Shown one piece after another: positions 24,690 through 45,400 of a DNA stretch of 64,000 bases. Every line of letters begins with the position of its first letter. The stretch's first letter is position 1. The stretch covers positions 385,950,001-386,014,000 of the forward strand of contig OZ024741.1 in NCBI GenBank assembly GCA_964016885.1. Direction: 5' to 3'. The stretch comes from Eledone cirrhosa (taxonomy: Eukaryota). A model generated the notes under the pieces. It was not told where the DNA came from. It did no database searches and saw nothing but the letters and a program-made list of their open reading frames with translations. Both the position numbers and the translations under genes were made by a program.

Positions 24690-27005
24690 CAGAGTTTATT
24701 AAAATGCTTGTGTAGTGTTTTGCCTGGAAAATCTGTCCATCTATTCTTCTTGAGACATTCTAACCACATGCTCATAGTATCAGAGTTGTGATCTCTCAAT
24801 TCAGAGAAGTAGTGGCTCTACCTGGAGTGACTCACTGATCTCTGAGCTACGCACTCTATGAAGTAACGTTATTTCAAAGACCCTTTGGTGGAACCCCATT
24901 TCAGTTGCTTGTATTCACGATCATATTCTTTCGGTCATTACACAAGATTCATGATCATAGGTAAGGGTTGGCATGAAAACTGAATTGAAGTTAGTGAGTT
25001 TGGTTTTTATGCCTACCTCCCTTCTTCTGATTATCAATGCTGAAGCTGGCACATTACTGTACCAGCTCCTGCAATCCTTGCACTTAATTCAGCCTCCTGC
25101 CTTCCATCACTTGTAAACGTGGTCCTGAGATACTTGAACTTCTCTACCTGCTTCAGTGGAACTCCATTTACTGTGCAGGCTTCCTTGACATGACAAGTGT
25201 CTCAGTTTTTGCAGCACTGATTTTCATTCCAGCCATGCAGTACTTGGCATCAAACCTATGAAGTGTTCGTTGGAGATCACCTGCCGTTGATTTAAGTAAC
25301 ATCATATTGTTTGCAAATTCCAGCTGACTGATTTTACACCCACCATTCATGATACCACTTCCAATCTGGCTGCGCATGTCAATCCTGTTCCTGTAAATAA
25401 GGAACAGGAGAGGTGACAGTACCCACTCTAGGCGCATTCCAATTCCCACATTGAATGATTACAATTTAGCACCATTTATCTGAACACAAATACTTGGGCA
25501 TTCATATAGAGACATCAGGGCAGCAAGAAGCTGACCATCGATCCCATACTTCTGCCGAACCTTCCATACCAGGTCCCAAGGAATGTAATCATATTCCTTT
25601 ACAAGGTTGACAAAACAAGAATATACCTCTTGGCAATACTCCCACGATTTCTTGAAGACCTGCCAGTGTGAGTATTTGGTCGGCTGTGCTGCATCCGGGG
25701 TGAAAACCACACTGTTCATCAGCAAGCTTGGATTTGACAATCTCCTTGCATCTCTTTGCCAGACACATAGCATAGACTTTACAGGGGAGGCTTAACAAGG
25801 GGATCTTTTTGTGTAATTGGAGCAATTTTTCTTGTCCCTCTTTTTGAAAATTGGGATTATCACTCAATTGCCATTGCTTAGGTGTCTTTCCAGATATCCA
25901 GGCCACCTGGCACACACGAGTCAGCCAGAGAATACCTTCTCTATATAATGCTTTTAACATCCCGGGCCGGATTTCATCTTCCCTAGAGGCCATGCCACAT
26001 TTGAGTTCTTTAACTGCTCTTGTGACCTCAGCCTCCAAGAGATTAGTCACCACTCCCAGATGCACCTCATGTACACCAGAAGATGCTGTTGTGATCAGGT
26101 TTAAGAGATCAGCAAAGTATTCTCTCCACCTCATGAGGATACATCTCTCTGCAGAGAAGAGAAACCCATATGCATTCCTGATAGCAGGTGTGGAGGAGGG
26201 CTTCTTATTACAAAGCTGGCGGATGGTCTGCCAGAATACTTTATTTACTGATCTGAAGTCAGATTCCAGTTTAATGCCAAAGTCTTCCCATGTCATAACT
26301 TTGGATGCCTTTACTGTCTCTGCTGTGATTCTTCATGCCTGCTTGAACTGCAAGTTCAAGAAGGAGGATTTATTTCTAAGCCAAGCTTTGTAAACCTCCT
26401 TCTTTGCTGAGATGGCATCTTTGACCTCTTCATTGAATCATGGGGTCCTCTTGCATCTGGCACCACACCAAGCCTCTTTCAGCCGCAGCAGAAGCAGAAA
26501 CTGCTGCACTGAACAATCTCCACTCTGTCTCAATGTCCTCAGTTTGCTGAGGGAGTTCCCTGAATTTAGATGCAATAGTATCTGCATGCCTGGTCCTGAC
26601 TGCCTTATCCACCAATGCTTCCTACTTTATCCTGTAGGGTGCCCTGGATCTGCCAGTTTTGTGGGCTTCCTCAGCTTAAGTAGTCTTAAGTTGCAGATAA
26701 CTGGATGGTGATCAGTTGACAGCCCAACTCCTCTCTTAACATGAACATCCAGCATAGAATCAAAGAGATCAGAGACAATAACAAAATCAATTATTGACCA
26801 CTGTCCCTGATTCTTCTTCTTATATGTATATTTATGGATGTCTCTGTGATGGAAGGAGGTGCTCATAGAGAATCCATTGCTAAGATAGAAGTCTAATAAG
26901 GCCTCTCCATTTGTATTTAGATTGGGGTTGCCATTCCTTCCAATTAATTCTTACCATGTCAGGTGGTCAGTACCAACATATACATTAAAGTCCCCATCAG
27001 GATAT
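24690..27005 (-). mobile_element. Degraded RTE LINE (Expander/Rex3-like family)
   Basis: SIIDFVIVS, STDHH, WREYFADLLN, IPLLSLPCKVY, EQCGF and LSPLLF remnants. Confidence 0.88.
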
Positions 27006-27009
27006 ATGA

Positions 27010-27445
27010 CTCAGTCGTAACTACATCTAACCCTGCAATGACTCCATGCTGCAAAAACTAGCAATAGGCCTGCGACATGTCCTGGGACGTGTGGGATGGA
27101 CACACAAAATTTGTGTATCTTGAGAACCCAAAGAGGAAGGGAGCAAACCTTAACAGTTGAAACCTGGAACATCACAACCCTTACAGGTAAGTAGCAGGGA
27201 CTAGTGGAGGAGGCTAGATATAGTCGGGGTTTCCTCAACAAAGTTCTGTGGCTCTGATACTGTACATTTGGATGAGGGATGGAAACTCCACTATTCAGAT
27301 GTGGAGCCAGAGATGACTGCACAGGCAGGAGTGAGGATACTCATAAGAGCCTGTGTTATGGACTGGATCCCGTAAGGAGAGAAGCTTGGGCTGAAAGATG
27401 GGTCTCTGTGGGTGGTGAAAGTTTAAGCACCAAACAAGGAGTCTG
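27010..27445 (+). mobile_element. Inverted 5' segment (endonuclease N-terminus), probably of the same RTE
   Basis: Plus-strand ETWNITTLTGK...GWKLHYS...QAGVRILI remnants. Confidence 0.6.
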
Positions 27446-27453
27446 AAGATATG

Positions 27454-27480
<27 letters not shown>

Positions 27481-27484
<4 letters not shown>

Positions 27485-29400
27485 GAAGACAAGGAAAGTA
27501 GTCGGTCCATCAGGAATAGTTGCCGAAATGCTGAAAGCATTTGGGGTGGTGGGTCACATCCTAACCACTAGTATTATAAACCAAGTAATACTAAATGGTG
27601 TCTTACCAAATGTCTGGCGCAGCAGTATTGTCAACTGCTACAAGGATAAAGGAGATGAACCAGATAGAGGAAACTATAGAGGCATCAAGTTGATGGACCA
27701 AGTCATAAAAGTAACAGAAAGAGTTATAGTACAGCTGATTAGGAACCGGGTTAACCTAAATGCGATGCAGTTCAGCTTTGTGCCAGGTAAAAGCACCACA
27801 GATGCCCTCTTCCTTGTGAAACAGCTACAAGAGAACTACCTAGCTAAAAGTAAGCTGTTCTGCCTGTCATTTGTTGATTTGGAGAAAGCTTTTGACAGAG
27901 TCCCTTGAGACATTATCTGGTGAGCTCTTAGAAAACTAGGAGTAGAAGAGTGGCTTGTGAAGGCTATACAGGTCATGTATAGAGGAGTGGTCAACAAAGT
28001 TAGGATTAACAAAGTTAGGATTAATTATAGCGAGGAATTTAGCATGCAGGTTGGCATCCACCAGCACTGTCCTTAGCCCTCTCCTGTTTATCATCATGCT
28101 GTAGGCTATAACAGAAGAATTTAAGACCAGCTGCCCACGGGAACTCGTGTATGTAGATGATCTCACACTCAGTTGAATCTATGGCAGAATTAGAGAAGAA
28201 ATTCTAAACCTGGAACATGGCTTTGAAACAAAGGGTTTTAAAATCAACCTGACAAAGACTTAGGTCCTAGTAAGTAGAAGGGAAAACAGATCCACGATCC
28301 CCTCTGGGAAATGGCCTTGCTCAGTGTGTAGGAAAGGCATAGGTAAAAATTCCGTCCACTGTCCTAAATGCAAACTATGGGTATATAGGAGATATAGTGG
28401 GATTCCAAGTAGTTTAGCTAGAACATAGGTTTTATATGTGGACATTGCACTGAGCAGTAAATAGCAAACGACCACAGGAAACAAGCATTATCAATTCCTG
28501 AAAGGTTTGGTAGAAGTGGTAGAAAGTTTCTGCTACCTAAGAAACCAAATTAGCAGCAGAGGGGTTCTGTACTGTAAGTACAGTGAGGACAGGAAGGACA
28601 AAGTTCAGAGAGCTACTACCACTGCTAGCTACAAAAGGCTTTTCCATCAAAAGGAAAGGCAGACTGTACAATACATGTATATGAGCAGCAATGTTGCATG
28701 GTAGTAAGGCCTGGGTGCTGTGTGCAGAGGACTTACAAAGATTGAAAAGAAATGAAGCTTTCATGCTTTGATGGATGTGTAATAGTAATATACATGAATG
28801 GCAAAGCATAAACGAACTGAGAGAGAAACTGGGCATAAAAGGGATCAGATGCAGTGTGCAGGAGAGAAGATTGCGTTGGTATGGACATGTGATGCGTAGG
28901 AAGGATGACAGCTGTATAAAAAGATGCGGAGCGCTCAAAGTTGATGGAAGCTCTGGAGTAGGAAGACTTGGGATGAGGTGATAAAAGCTGACCCTGCACA
29001 ATTGCACCTCTGAAAGGCAATGATACAGGATCGGGATCTCTGGCGTTATACAGTAATGCAGAAGACCCAACTTCCCATGGCCACAGGCTAAAGCATACAT
29101 CTGGTATGCACCACCTTTGCCTTCATCCTCCTCGTACGTCCTAACACTTCATCCCTCACATATGCCCATATACCCACCTCCCTCATCCTCCCACACTCTT
29201 CCCATCAAAACCCCCAGTCCACACTGTAATGTGGTCATGTAGGTGACATGACAACAAGCACCCAGCACACACTGTAAATATGATTGGCGGTAGGAAGAGC
29301 ACCCTCTTGTAGAAACCTAGCTAAAATCTGCCCTGGGTGAGCTAAACAAGGGTCAATCCGTCCTACCCATGAATGATGGATGCTAAATGACGAGGTTGAT
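27481..29400 (+). mobile_element. 5'-truncated degraded RTE LINE (PHD-insert family)
   Basis: NYRGIKL, FVDLEKAFDRVP, PHD-like remnant, RRLRWYGHV and 3' UTR. Confidence 0.9.
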
Positions 29401-29504
29401 GATATATTTATGTGTGTATATATATGAAGTGTGTATGTATATGTATGATATGTGTAATATTATTACATATATGGTATATGTATATGCATGCAAATATATA
29501 TATA

Positions 29505-37633
<8,129 letters not shown>

Positions 37634-37689
37634 TATATGTGTATATTATTATCATGATGTGTGCATGTATATATATATGTATATTATAC

Positions 37690-37937
37690 TGGTACCACAA
37701 AACATCCAGCCCACACTGTAAAGTGGATGTGTAAAAGACATGGCATAAAGCACCCAGCCCACACTGTAAATGCGGTTGGCGCTAGGAAGGGCATCCAGCC
37801 ATAGAAAACCAGCCAGAAACTCTCCTATATGAGTGAGACACGGTCACCCAACCCAACTTGCCTCTAAATGGGACAAACCCGTCTAACCCATGCTAGCATG
37901 GAAGATAGACGTTAATCGATGATGGCAATGATGATGA
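37690..37937 (+). mobile_element. RTE 3' UTR fragment
   Basis: CACCCAGCCCACACTGTAAA, AGGAAGGGCATCCAGCC and a (GAT)n tail. Confidence 0.75.
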
Positions 37938-38707
37938 TATATATATATATATATATAAAACAGTGATAATGATGATATCTGATTGGACGAAGGCAACAAT
38001 ATTTCCTTTGATCTGCCACTTGCAATTCCTAGCTGAAGGGACAATGCAAAATTAAGTATTTTGTTCAAGAACACAACACACTGTCTAGGAATCAGTTTTT
38101 TGTTTGTAATATTCTAATACATACAGTTTGTTGTTTCCACTGCCTTTAGCATTGTCACTACGAAACAATCAGAGTTTATTGAATTAAATTCATGTTACAC
38201 TTACTAAATTATATTTATCCAAAGTTGATAGCAGAAATAAAGATCATGGGAGTCACATAAAATCAGGTATACATACTTGATAATAAGTCAATGCAGTTTT
38301 TTGGGTTTTTTTGGCAAGTGGAGTAAAGAGTAGACATGGTAGGTTTTACTTAATATAATTTTTTATTCCACAGGCCTTCCTCAGAGACCTGTAGTGAAGA
38401 TTTCAATTCCTCTCTTTCTGTGGTTGTTGAAGTCATGTGTCCTCTCTCCCCTGTTGGTCTTCTCAAGTCACCTTAAACGTATGTGTGAATGTCTGTGTGT
38501 GCATGTATGTGAGAGAGAGAGAGTGAGAGACACACAAACAGACAGAGATATGTATTTTTTAAGTAAACTACTAAGGATGTGTGTGAATATATATGTATAC
38601 GTGTGTGTGAGAGAGACAGACAGATGGAGAGATAGAAACATATATTTATTAAGTAAATTAGTTCAATGTATTTATGTTTTCTGTATGTTTTTATTTTCTC
38701 CATCCAG

Positions 38708-38816
38708 GTTGACAAAACAGCTTCCAATGGGTCGAGCTTTTGTGTGCATGGATACAGAGAAACTACCTCAAATATTACAACAGATATTTTCATCAACAAT
38801 GTTATCATCTGATTGA
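38708..38816 (+). CDS. VWA8: VWA8 terminal coding exon
   Basis: ctccatccag|G TTG... The first G completes the AGG codon. Encodes LTKQLPMGRAFVCMDTEKLPQILQQIFSSTMLSSD*, matching the VWA8 C-terminus. Confidence 0.95.
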
Positions 38817-39600
38817 TGGCAAATATGTATGAACTGCTTAGCTGTGACAAATAATCAAAGCACTTTAGAACTTCCCCAATACCAGCTTCACAAACTACGC
38901 CATAACATACAAGTTAATTACAAGAACCTCATCATGCTAAGTCAACAGCTAGAAAATAGTGAATTAATCTCTCTCTAATCATGACCTACCATCTTTAAAA
39001 ATGACATTTTGGATGTGGTCTTTGGTTTGATGTATGTATAAAAAAGATGTAAAACACTGCCTCAAAAATCCTGTCCAGCCCATGCTAGCATGAGAAGTAG
39101 ATGTAAAAATGATATCACAGCATTTAATGATAGACTGAATGACGCATCCATGTGCATGAATGCAAAATGCAGATCTTGTACTAGAAGTGAGATGAAGGCT
39201 AGGGCAGGATTTGTTCAACATTCTTTCATTTTTTAAGATGGTTGGGTGTTTATCTGAAGGATATTTAGCTAGTATTTCTAGCAGACCAAGCAACAATGCA
39301 GATACTCCCTTGCTGTTTATAATGATGATGATTATGGTGAGACTGTTGGAAATAGCTGGAGTGTCTTCAAATATCGATAGTTTGGTTTTTGTTATCTATT
39401 TTTTTAAAAGTTGTAAATAGATTTTCTGAACAGAAAAATATTGATTTGGTGCGATTAAATTATTGGTGAATTATTGGTAAACTGATGACATTGCCATGTC
39501 AGTTTTGTTTGTTTATTGAACCACAGTTTGGTACAAAGTTGGTCAAGGGTCTATACATAACTGAATCTTATGTTTTCTTCTTTTTAAGCTCACCTGAATG

Positions 39601-39715
39601 TGCGTGGCCTAGTGGTTAGAGAGTTGGATTGGCAATTGTGAGGTTGTGAATTCAATTCTTGGAACGGGTGATGTGTTGTGTTCTTGAGCAAGACACTTTA
39701 TTTCATGTTGCTCCT
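39601..39715 (+). mobile_element. tRNA SINE head and core fragment
   Basis: GGCCTAGTGGTT A-box and TTGTGTTCTTGAGCAAGACACTT core. Confidence 0.75.
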
Positions 39716-40189
39716 TCTGCCAGGAGCTGCAACCGGTAGATAGTATCAACAATGGAAGGACCAATGGAAAGAAAGTTTCCTTGGTCCGATTTGACGAGGT
39801 CCACTCCACATGGCAAGCGAATGAGGTCTGGGATCTTGTTGATTGATCAGAGCGAAGCTCACCTAGACATGCAAGGAGCTTGTCACTCATGCAAGTTCTA
39901 ATACACACAGGAATTTGTGTGTGTTAGAACTTGCATACAGTAGCAAGTAGAAACCTGATCTAACCAAATGTAAGAACTATAAGTTGAATAATGCACTGCT
40001 GTTTGTAGCAGTGATGCTTGGAAAGTGATGAATAATATGTTAGCTTGCAGTACTGAGTTCAATTATTACTGTAGCAAATGTCAACTATATTAGATCAGTA
40101 TCATATACAGAGGAGGGCTGAGGTGGACTAACCATATGAACATTTGGCCAATACCTGGTGGGCTGTGGTAGTGCTGGACTCACCTATAG

Positions 40190-43100
40190 TCTCTGTCTAT
40201 TTTTCCATCAAAGGCGACAGGTCATGACTGGCTATTATTAATATTATTGTTGCTGTATTCTATCGGCTACTTTGCCATGCTGTATTCTATCAGTTAGTCT
40301 GTTAGCCTTGACGGCGACCCTCTCTCTATGATGGCTACCCTCTCTCTATCTCTCTCTATGATGGCTACCCTCTTTCTATCTCTCTCTCTCTATCTATCTC
40401 TAAGCCACCTATTGCCTCCCATTCCCTCTTCACCCATTCCTCCTCACTCATCTTGAAGTTATTGAAGAGATAAGACACACTCTACTCTGAAAGGCTAAAA
40501 TGATTCACTAGAGTTGATTTAGCTACGTTCCAGCCCATCCATCCATACAAATCTTGTCAGGTATTTCAGCTACCACAACACATTATTTTGTTATCCTCAT
40601 TTTCCCCTACCATGCTGACTCTCAATCTGTCTATTATTCCATCAAAGGCTACAGGCCATGACTGGCTATTATTAATATTATTGTTGCTGTATTCATTTCT
40701 ACCGGTTATCTTGCCATGCTGCATTCACTTCTATAGGTTATTTTGATGACATGACTGGCTGCCTACCTCCTACCTCACAATTTCCCCCCCACCCACCCCC
40801 AGACACCACCATAGCCTATTCGACTAATCAAACCTCAGCATGCCATTTCTTCTACTACTTCTACTACTACCTAACTCTCTCCTCCCCCGTCCCAGCCCAA
40901 CACACCCTGCCATTATTACCACCACCACCACTGTTCTTCTAGCCCTGAATTTTCCTGCCGTTATGTATGGATGAGCTGAGAATAAATTGGAGCAACTCTG
41001 AATTAATAGATGAAATGAATATGAATCCGCGAGCTACCAAGCACCCATGTGAAGCCCCAATCCAGAGAGAGGAAGCACACACACACCCCTGCAAAAATCG
41101 ACCCTTCCCTACGAGTGTCGACAAATGCCCAAAACTCCGAGTTGGTACCATCAATGTAAGCACAATGAAAGGAAGAGCAGGAGAAATCGTAGAAATGCTA
41201 GAGCGAAAGGAAATTGATGTATGTTGTGTGCAAGAGACTAGATGGAGAGGAGAGTCTGCTAGGGTCCTTGTAGGAAAAAGTCAGTGCTACAAATTTTTCT
41301 GGGTGGGAAATGACGATGGGATGGGTGGTGTAGGTATACTACTAGCTGACAAATGGGTAGATAAAGTAATCTCAGTGTACAGGGTAAATGCAAGAATCAT
41401 TAAACTCAGACTAGTCCTGAATAAAACAATTACCACAATAATATCAGCTTACGCACCCCAATCGGGGTTGCCAGACAAACTTAAGGATAGATTTTACGAG
41501 TCCCTAATGCACACTACTGCTCTAACAAACGACAATGACTTCCTAATCATCGCAGGAGATTTTAACGGACACGTAGGTAAACACTGTGACGGCTTCAATA
41601 GAGTCCATGGAGGCCATGGGGTTGGCACAAGAAATGAAGAAGGATTCAGACTTCTAGAATTCTGCGACGCCAATGACATGTCGATATGTAACACAAACTT
41701 CCAAAAAGCCGACAACCACCTGATCACCTATAGATCAGGGGAGCATTCTAGTCAGGTAGATTTTATCCTCATCAGAGGACGTGACAGATGGACGATCGTA
41801 AACACAAAAGCCTTCCCTAGTGAGGAATGTACCTCCCAAGATAGCTTAGTTGTCAGCGACCTCACAGTCAGAACTAGACGAACCTGGAAACAGAGACCAA
41901 CCTGGAGAAGAAAGATCTGGAAGCTGAAAGACCCCTCAGCCAGTAACAGATTTAAAGATATTTTACTCAACGCCTACGACAGTAAAGAAGAACAGATAGA
42001 GACATTCAATGTAGAAGAGCACTGGGAGTTCCTAAAAAATAACTTACTAGAGGCGACGGATGAGGTCTGTGGCTGGAGTAAGACCACAAGCAGGAGGAGA
42101 GTGACTTGGTGGTGGAATAATAAGGTAGATGAGGCAGTTAAGGTCAAGAGACAGGCATGGAAAAAATGGAAGAACGGGGGAGCAGGGTACATTACATAGA
42201 GACCAAGAGGGAAGCTAGGCGACAAGTATACTTAGCTAGGAGGGAAGCAGAGGATAGAAAATTCAAGCATGTTTTGCAACGTGAGGACCAGAAACAGGAG
42301 GTGTTCAAGATTGCGAGGCAGTGTGTCAGAGAGAATTGTGATGTCATTGGAGAGAAGTGTATACGGAATGATAAAGGTGAGCTTGCCCTCACAAGTGCTG
42401 AGAAAAAAGATGCATGGAAGAGTCATGATAGATTGAGGAGAATGATTGACAGAATGAGGAGAATGCATGGGAAGAAGAGACCCTACCCCAAGTAGACCTT
42501 ATAGAGGGGCCAGCAGTACAAGTCAGCGGCAGCGTAGTAAGTAAGGCAATCAAAGATATGAAGATGGGGAAGGCAACCGGTCCATTGGGTATATCTGCCG
42601 AGATGCTGAAGGCATCTGGGTCTGTAGGTCATACTATAACCACACGTATTGTTAACCAGGTAATACTAGAAGGTGTCATACCAAAAGATTGGTGCAGTAG
42701 CAACATTGTCAACTGCTACAAAGGTAAAGGTGATGCACTCGATAGAGGAAACTATAGAGGTATAAAGCTGATGGACCAGATCATGAAAGTAACAGAAAGA
42801 GTTATAGCACAGTTGATTAGGGACCGGGTGAAACTAGATGAGATGCAATTTGGGTTTGTACCAGGAAGAGGCACCACTGATGCCCTCTTCCTTGTGAGGC
42901 AGTTACAGGAAAAGTACCTAGCTAAAAGTAAGCCACTCTACCTGGCATTTGTCGATCTCGAGAAAGCCTTTGACAGAGTTCCACGTGCTGTAATCTGGTG
43001 GGCTCTTAGAAAACTAGGAGTAGATGAATGGCTTGTGAAAGCTGTACAAGCCATGTATAGGGGAGCAGTCAGCAAAGTTAGGATTAGCAATGAGTATAGC

Positions 43101-44490
43101 GAGGAATTTAGCGTGCAGGTTGGGGTCCACCAGGGCTCTGTTCTTAGCCCTCTCCTGTTCATCATAGTCCTGCAGGCAATAACGGAGGAGTTTAAGACCG
43201 GATGCCCATGGGAACTCCTGTATGCTGATGACCTCACACTTATAGCTGAATCTATGGTAGAACTAGAGAAGAAATTCCAAACTTGGAAGCAGGGACTAGA
43301 AAGAAAGGGTCTCAAAGTCAACATGACAAAGACTAAGGTCCTTGTAAGTAGACAAGAAAACAGAACCCAGATCCCCTCAGGGAAATGGCTTTGCTCAGTA
43401 TGTAGGAAAGGTGTAGGTAGGAACTCCATTCTCTGCCCCAATGCAAACAATGGGTACACAAGAGATGTAGCGGGATCTCAGGAAGCTTAATTAAGAATGT
43501 AGGCTTCACATGCAGCAGCTGTACTGGGACAGCAAGCAGCAAACAGCCACAGGAAACAAGTACCACCAATTTCTGGGAGGGCTCTGTAGAGACAGTAGAC
43601 AGCTTCTGCTATCTAGGTGACCGAATTAGCAGCGGAGGTGGGTGTTCAGAAAGTACAATAACTAGAGTGAGAACGGGATGGAAGAAGTTCAGGGAACTGC
43701 TGCCACTGCTAGCTGCAAAAGGCTTCTCCCTCAAAATTAAAGGCAGACTGTATGATGCATGTATCCGAACAGCAATGTTACATGGTAGTGAGACCTGGGC
43801 GCTGAAGGTGGAAGACTTACGTAGATTAGAGAGAAATGAAGCCTGCATGCTCCGATGGATGTGTAATAGTAATATACGCGAACGACAAAGCATAAATGAA
43901 TTGAGAGAGAGACTGAGCATAAGAGGAATCAAATGCTGTATGCAGGAGAGGCGGTTGCGTTGGTATGGACATGTGATGCGTATGAAGGATGACAGCTGCA
44001 TAAAAAGGTGCAGAGCACTAGAAGTCGATGGAAACCGCGGAGTGGGGAGACCCAAGATGACCTGGGATGAGGTGATAAAAGCCGACCTTACCCAATTACA
44101 CCTCTCAAAGGCGATGACACACTACCGTGACCTATGGCGTCATGGAGTAATACAGAGTACCCGACCTCCCATGGGTACAAACTGAAGCATATAGACAATA
44201 TACCCCACACCCTCCCACTGCAAGGTGGTCGTGGAGGTGCCACGGCAAAAAAGCACCCAGCCCACACTGTAAAGTGGACGTGTAGGCGCCACGAAAAAGC
44301 ACCCAGCACTCACTGTAAATGAGGTTGGTGTTAGGAAGGGCATTCGGCTGTAGAAATCAAGCCAAATCAGTTCTTGTATGAGCAAGGCATGGTCAGCCGA
44401 CCAGACACTGCCCACAACAGGACAACCCGTCTAACCCATGCTTGCGTGGAAAAACGGACGTAAAACGGTGATGATGATGATGATGATGAA
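40190..44490 (+). mobile_element. Near full-length RTE LINE (PHD-insert family), about 3 frameshifts
   Basis: ORFs 40967..42199, 42157..42495, 42558..43490 and 43667..44185 cover APE and RT, followed by a (GAT)n tail. The 5' boundary is approximate (direct repeats at ~40193 and ~40627). Confidence 0.93.
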
Positions 44491-45346
44491 TGATGTCACA
44501 AAAGATTTATTTCAAACCCAACCTTCACACTAAGAGTTTTCTCTTTCAAAGTAATCCCCCTGGAGTATGTAACTGTAATCTTACCTCTCTGCAGCGATCA
44601 AACTTTTTTCTTCATAATTTTATATACATGTCCTCTGTTTCAGGTCGTCAAGCAATGAGCACAGAGCAACGAACAAACTTGAAAACTCCGTCAGAAGCAC
44701 TGGGATTGCTGCAGCAAGTGTATGGAGATGAGACAATGTCACACGTGTTTTTGAGTGGTGCAAGAGGTTTAAAGAAGGATGCGAGGATGTGGAAGATGAC
44801 CCCAGGAGCAGAAGGCCCTCAACAACCAGGACTGAGGTCAACGTTGAGCGCGTCTGGCAGATGGTGTGTAGCGATCGTCGGCTGACTGTTCGACTGATGG
44901 CAAATGAGCTGGGCATGAATTGGGACAGCATCTGGAAGATTCTCACTAAAGAATTGGACATGCGGAAAGTCTGCACGAAGATGGTGCCAAAACTGCTGAA
45001 CGATGACCAGAAGGGTCAACGCATGCAAGTGTGCCAGGACATCCTCAAGTGTCTTGAAACCGAACCAGACTTGCTACAGACAGTCATCACCGGTGATGAG
45101 TCATGGATCTTCGGCGGGGACCCATTTTGAAGACGTGGACGACATCAAAAAGGCCGTGACGACGGAACTGCGGAGGATCCCGGAATAATCCTTCCAGGAG
45201 TGCATGCAAACGTGGCAGAAAAGGATGGAAAAGGGCATTAGACTCCAGGGGGATTACTTTGAAGGAGAAAACTCTTAGTGTGAAGTTTGGGTTTGAAATA
45301 AATCTTTTGTGACATCAGTCCTGGAACTTTTCTGACACACCTCGTA
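44491..45346 (+). mobile_element. Internally deleted mariner transposon
   Basis: ATG at 44655, HTH region, MVPKLL, TGDESWIF fused to HFEDVDDIK...GDYFEGENS* (stop at 45278). Long inverted repeats at 44491-44566 and 45242-45317. The right end is ...GACACACCTCG|TA. Confidence 0.92.
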
Positions 45347-45400
45347 AGTCGAAACTGATTGGCAACTGCTGTCGGGATTTTGCACCTCTCTCTCTATATA

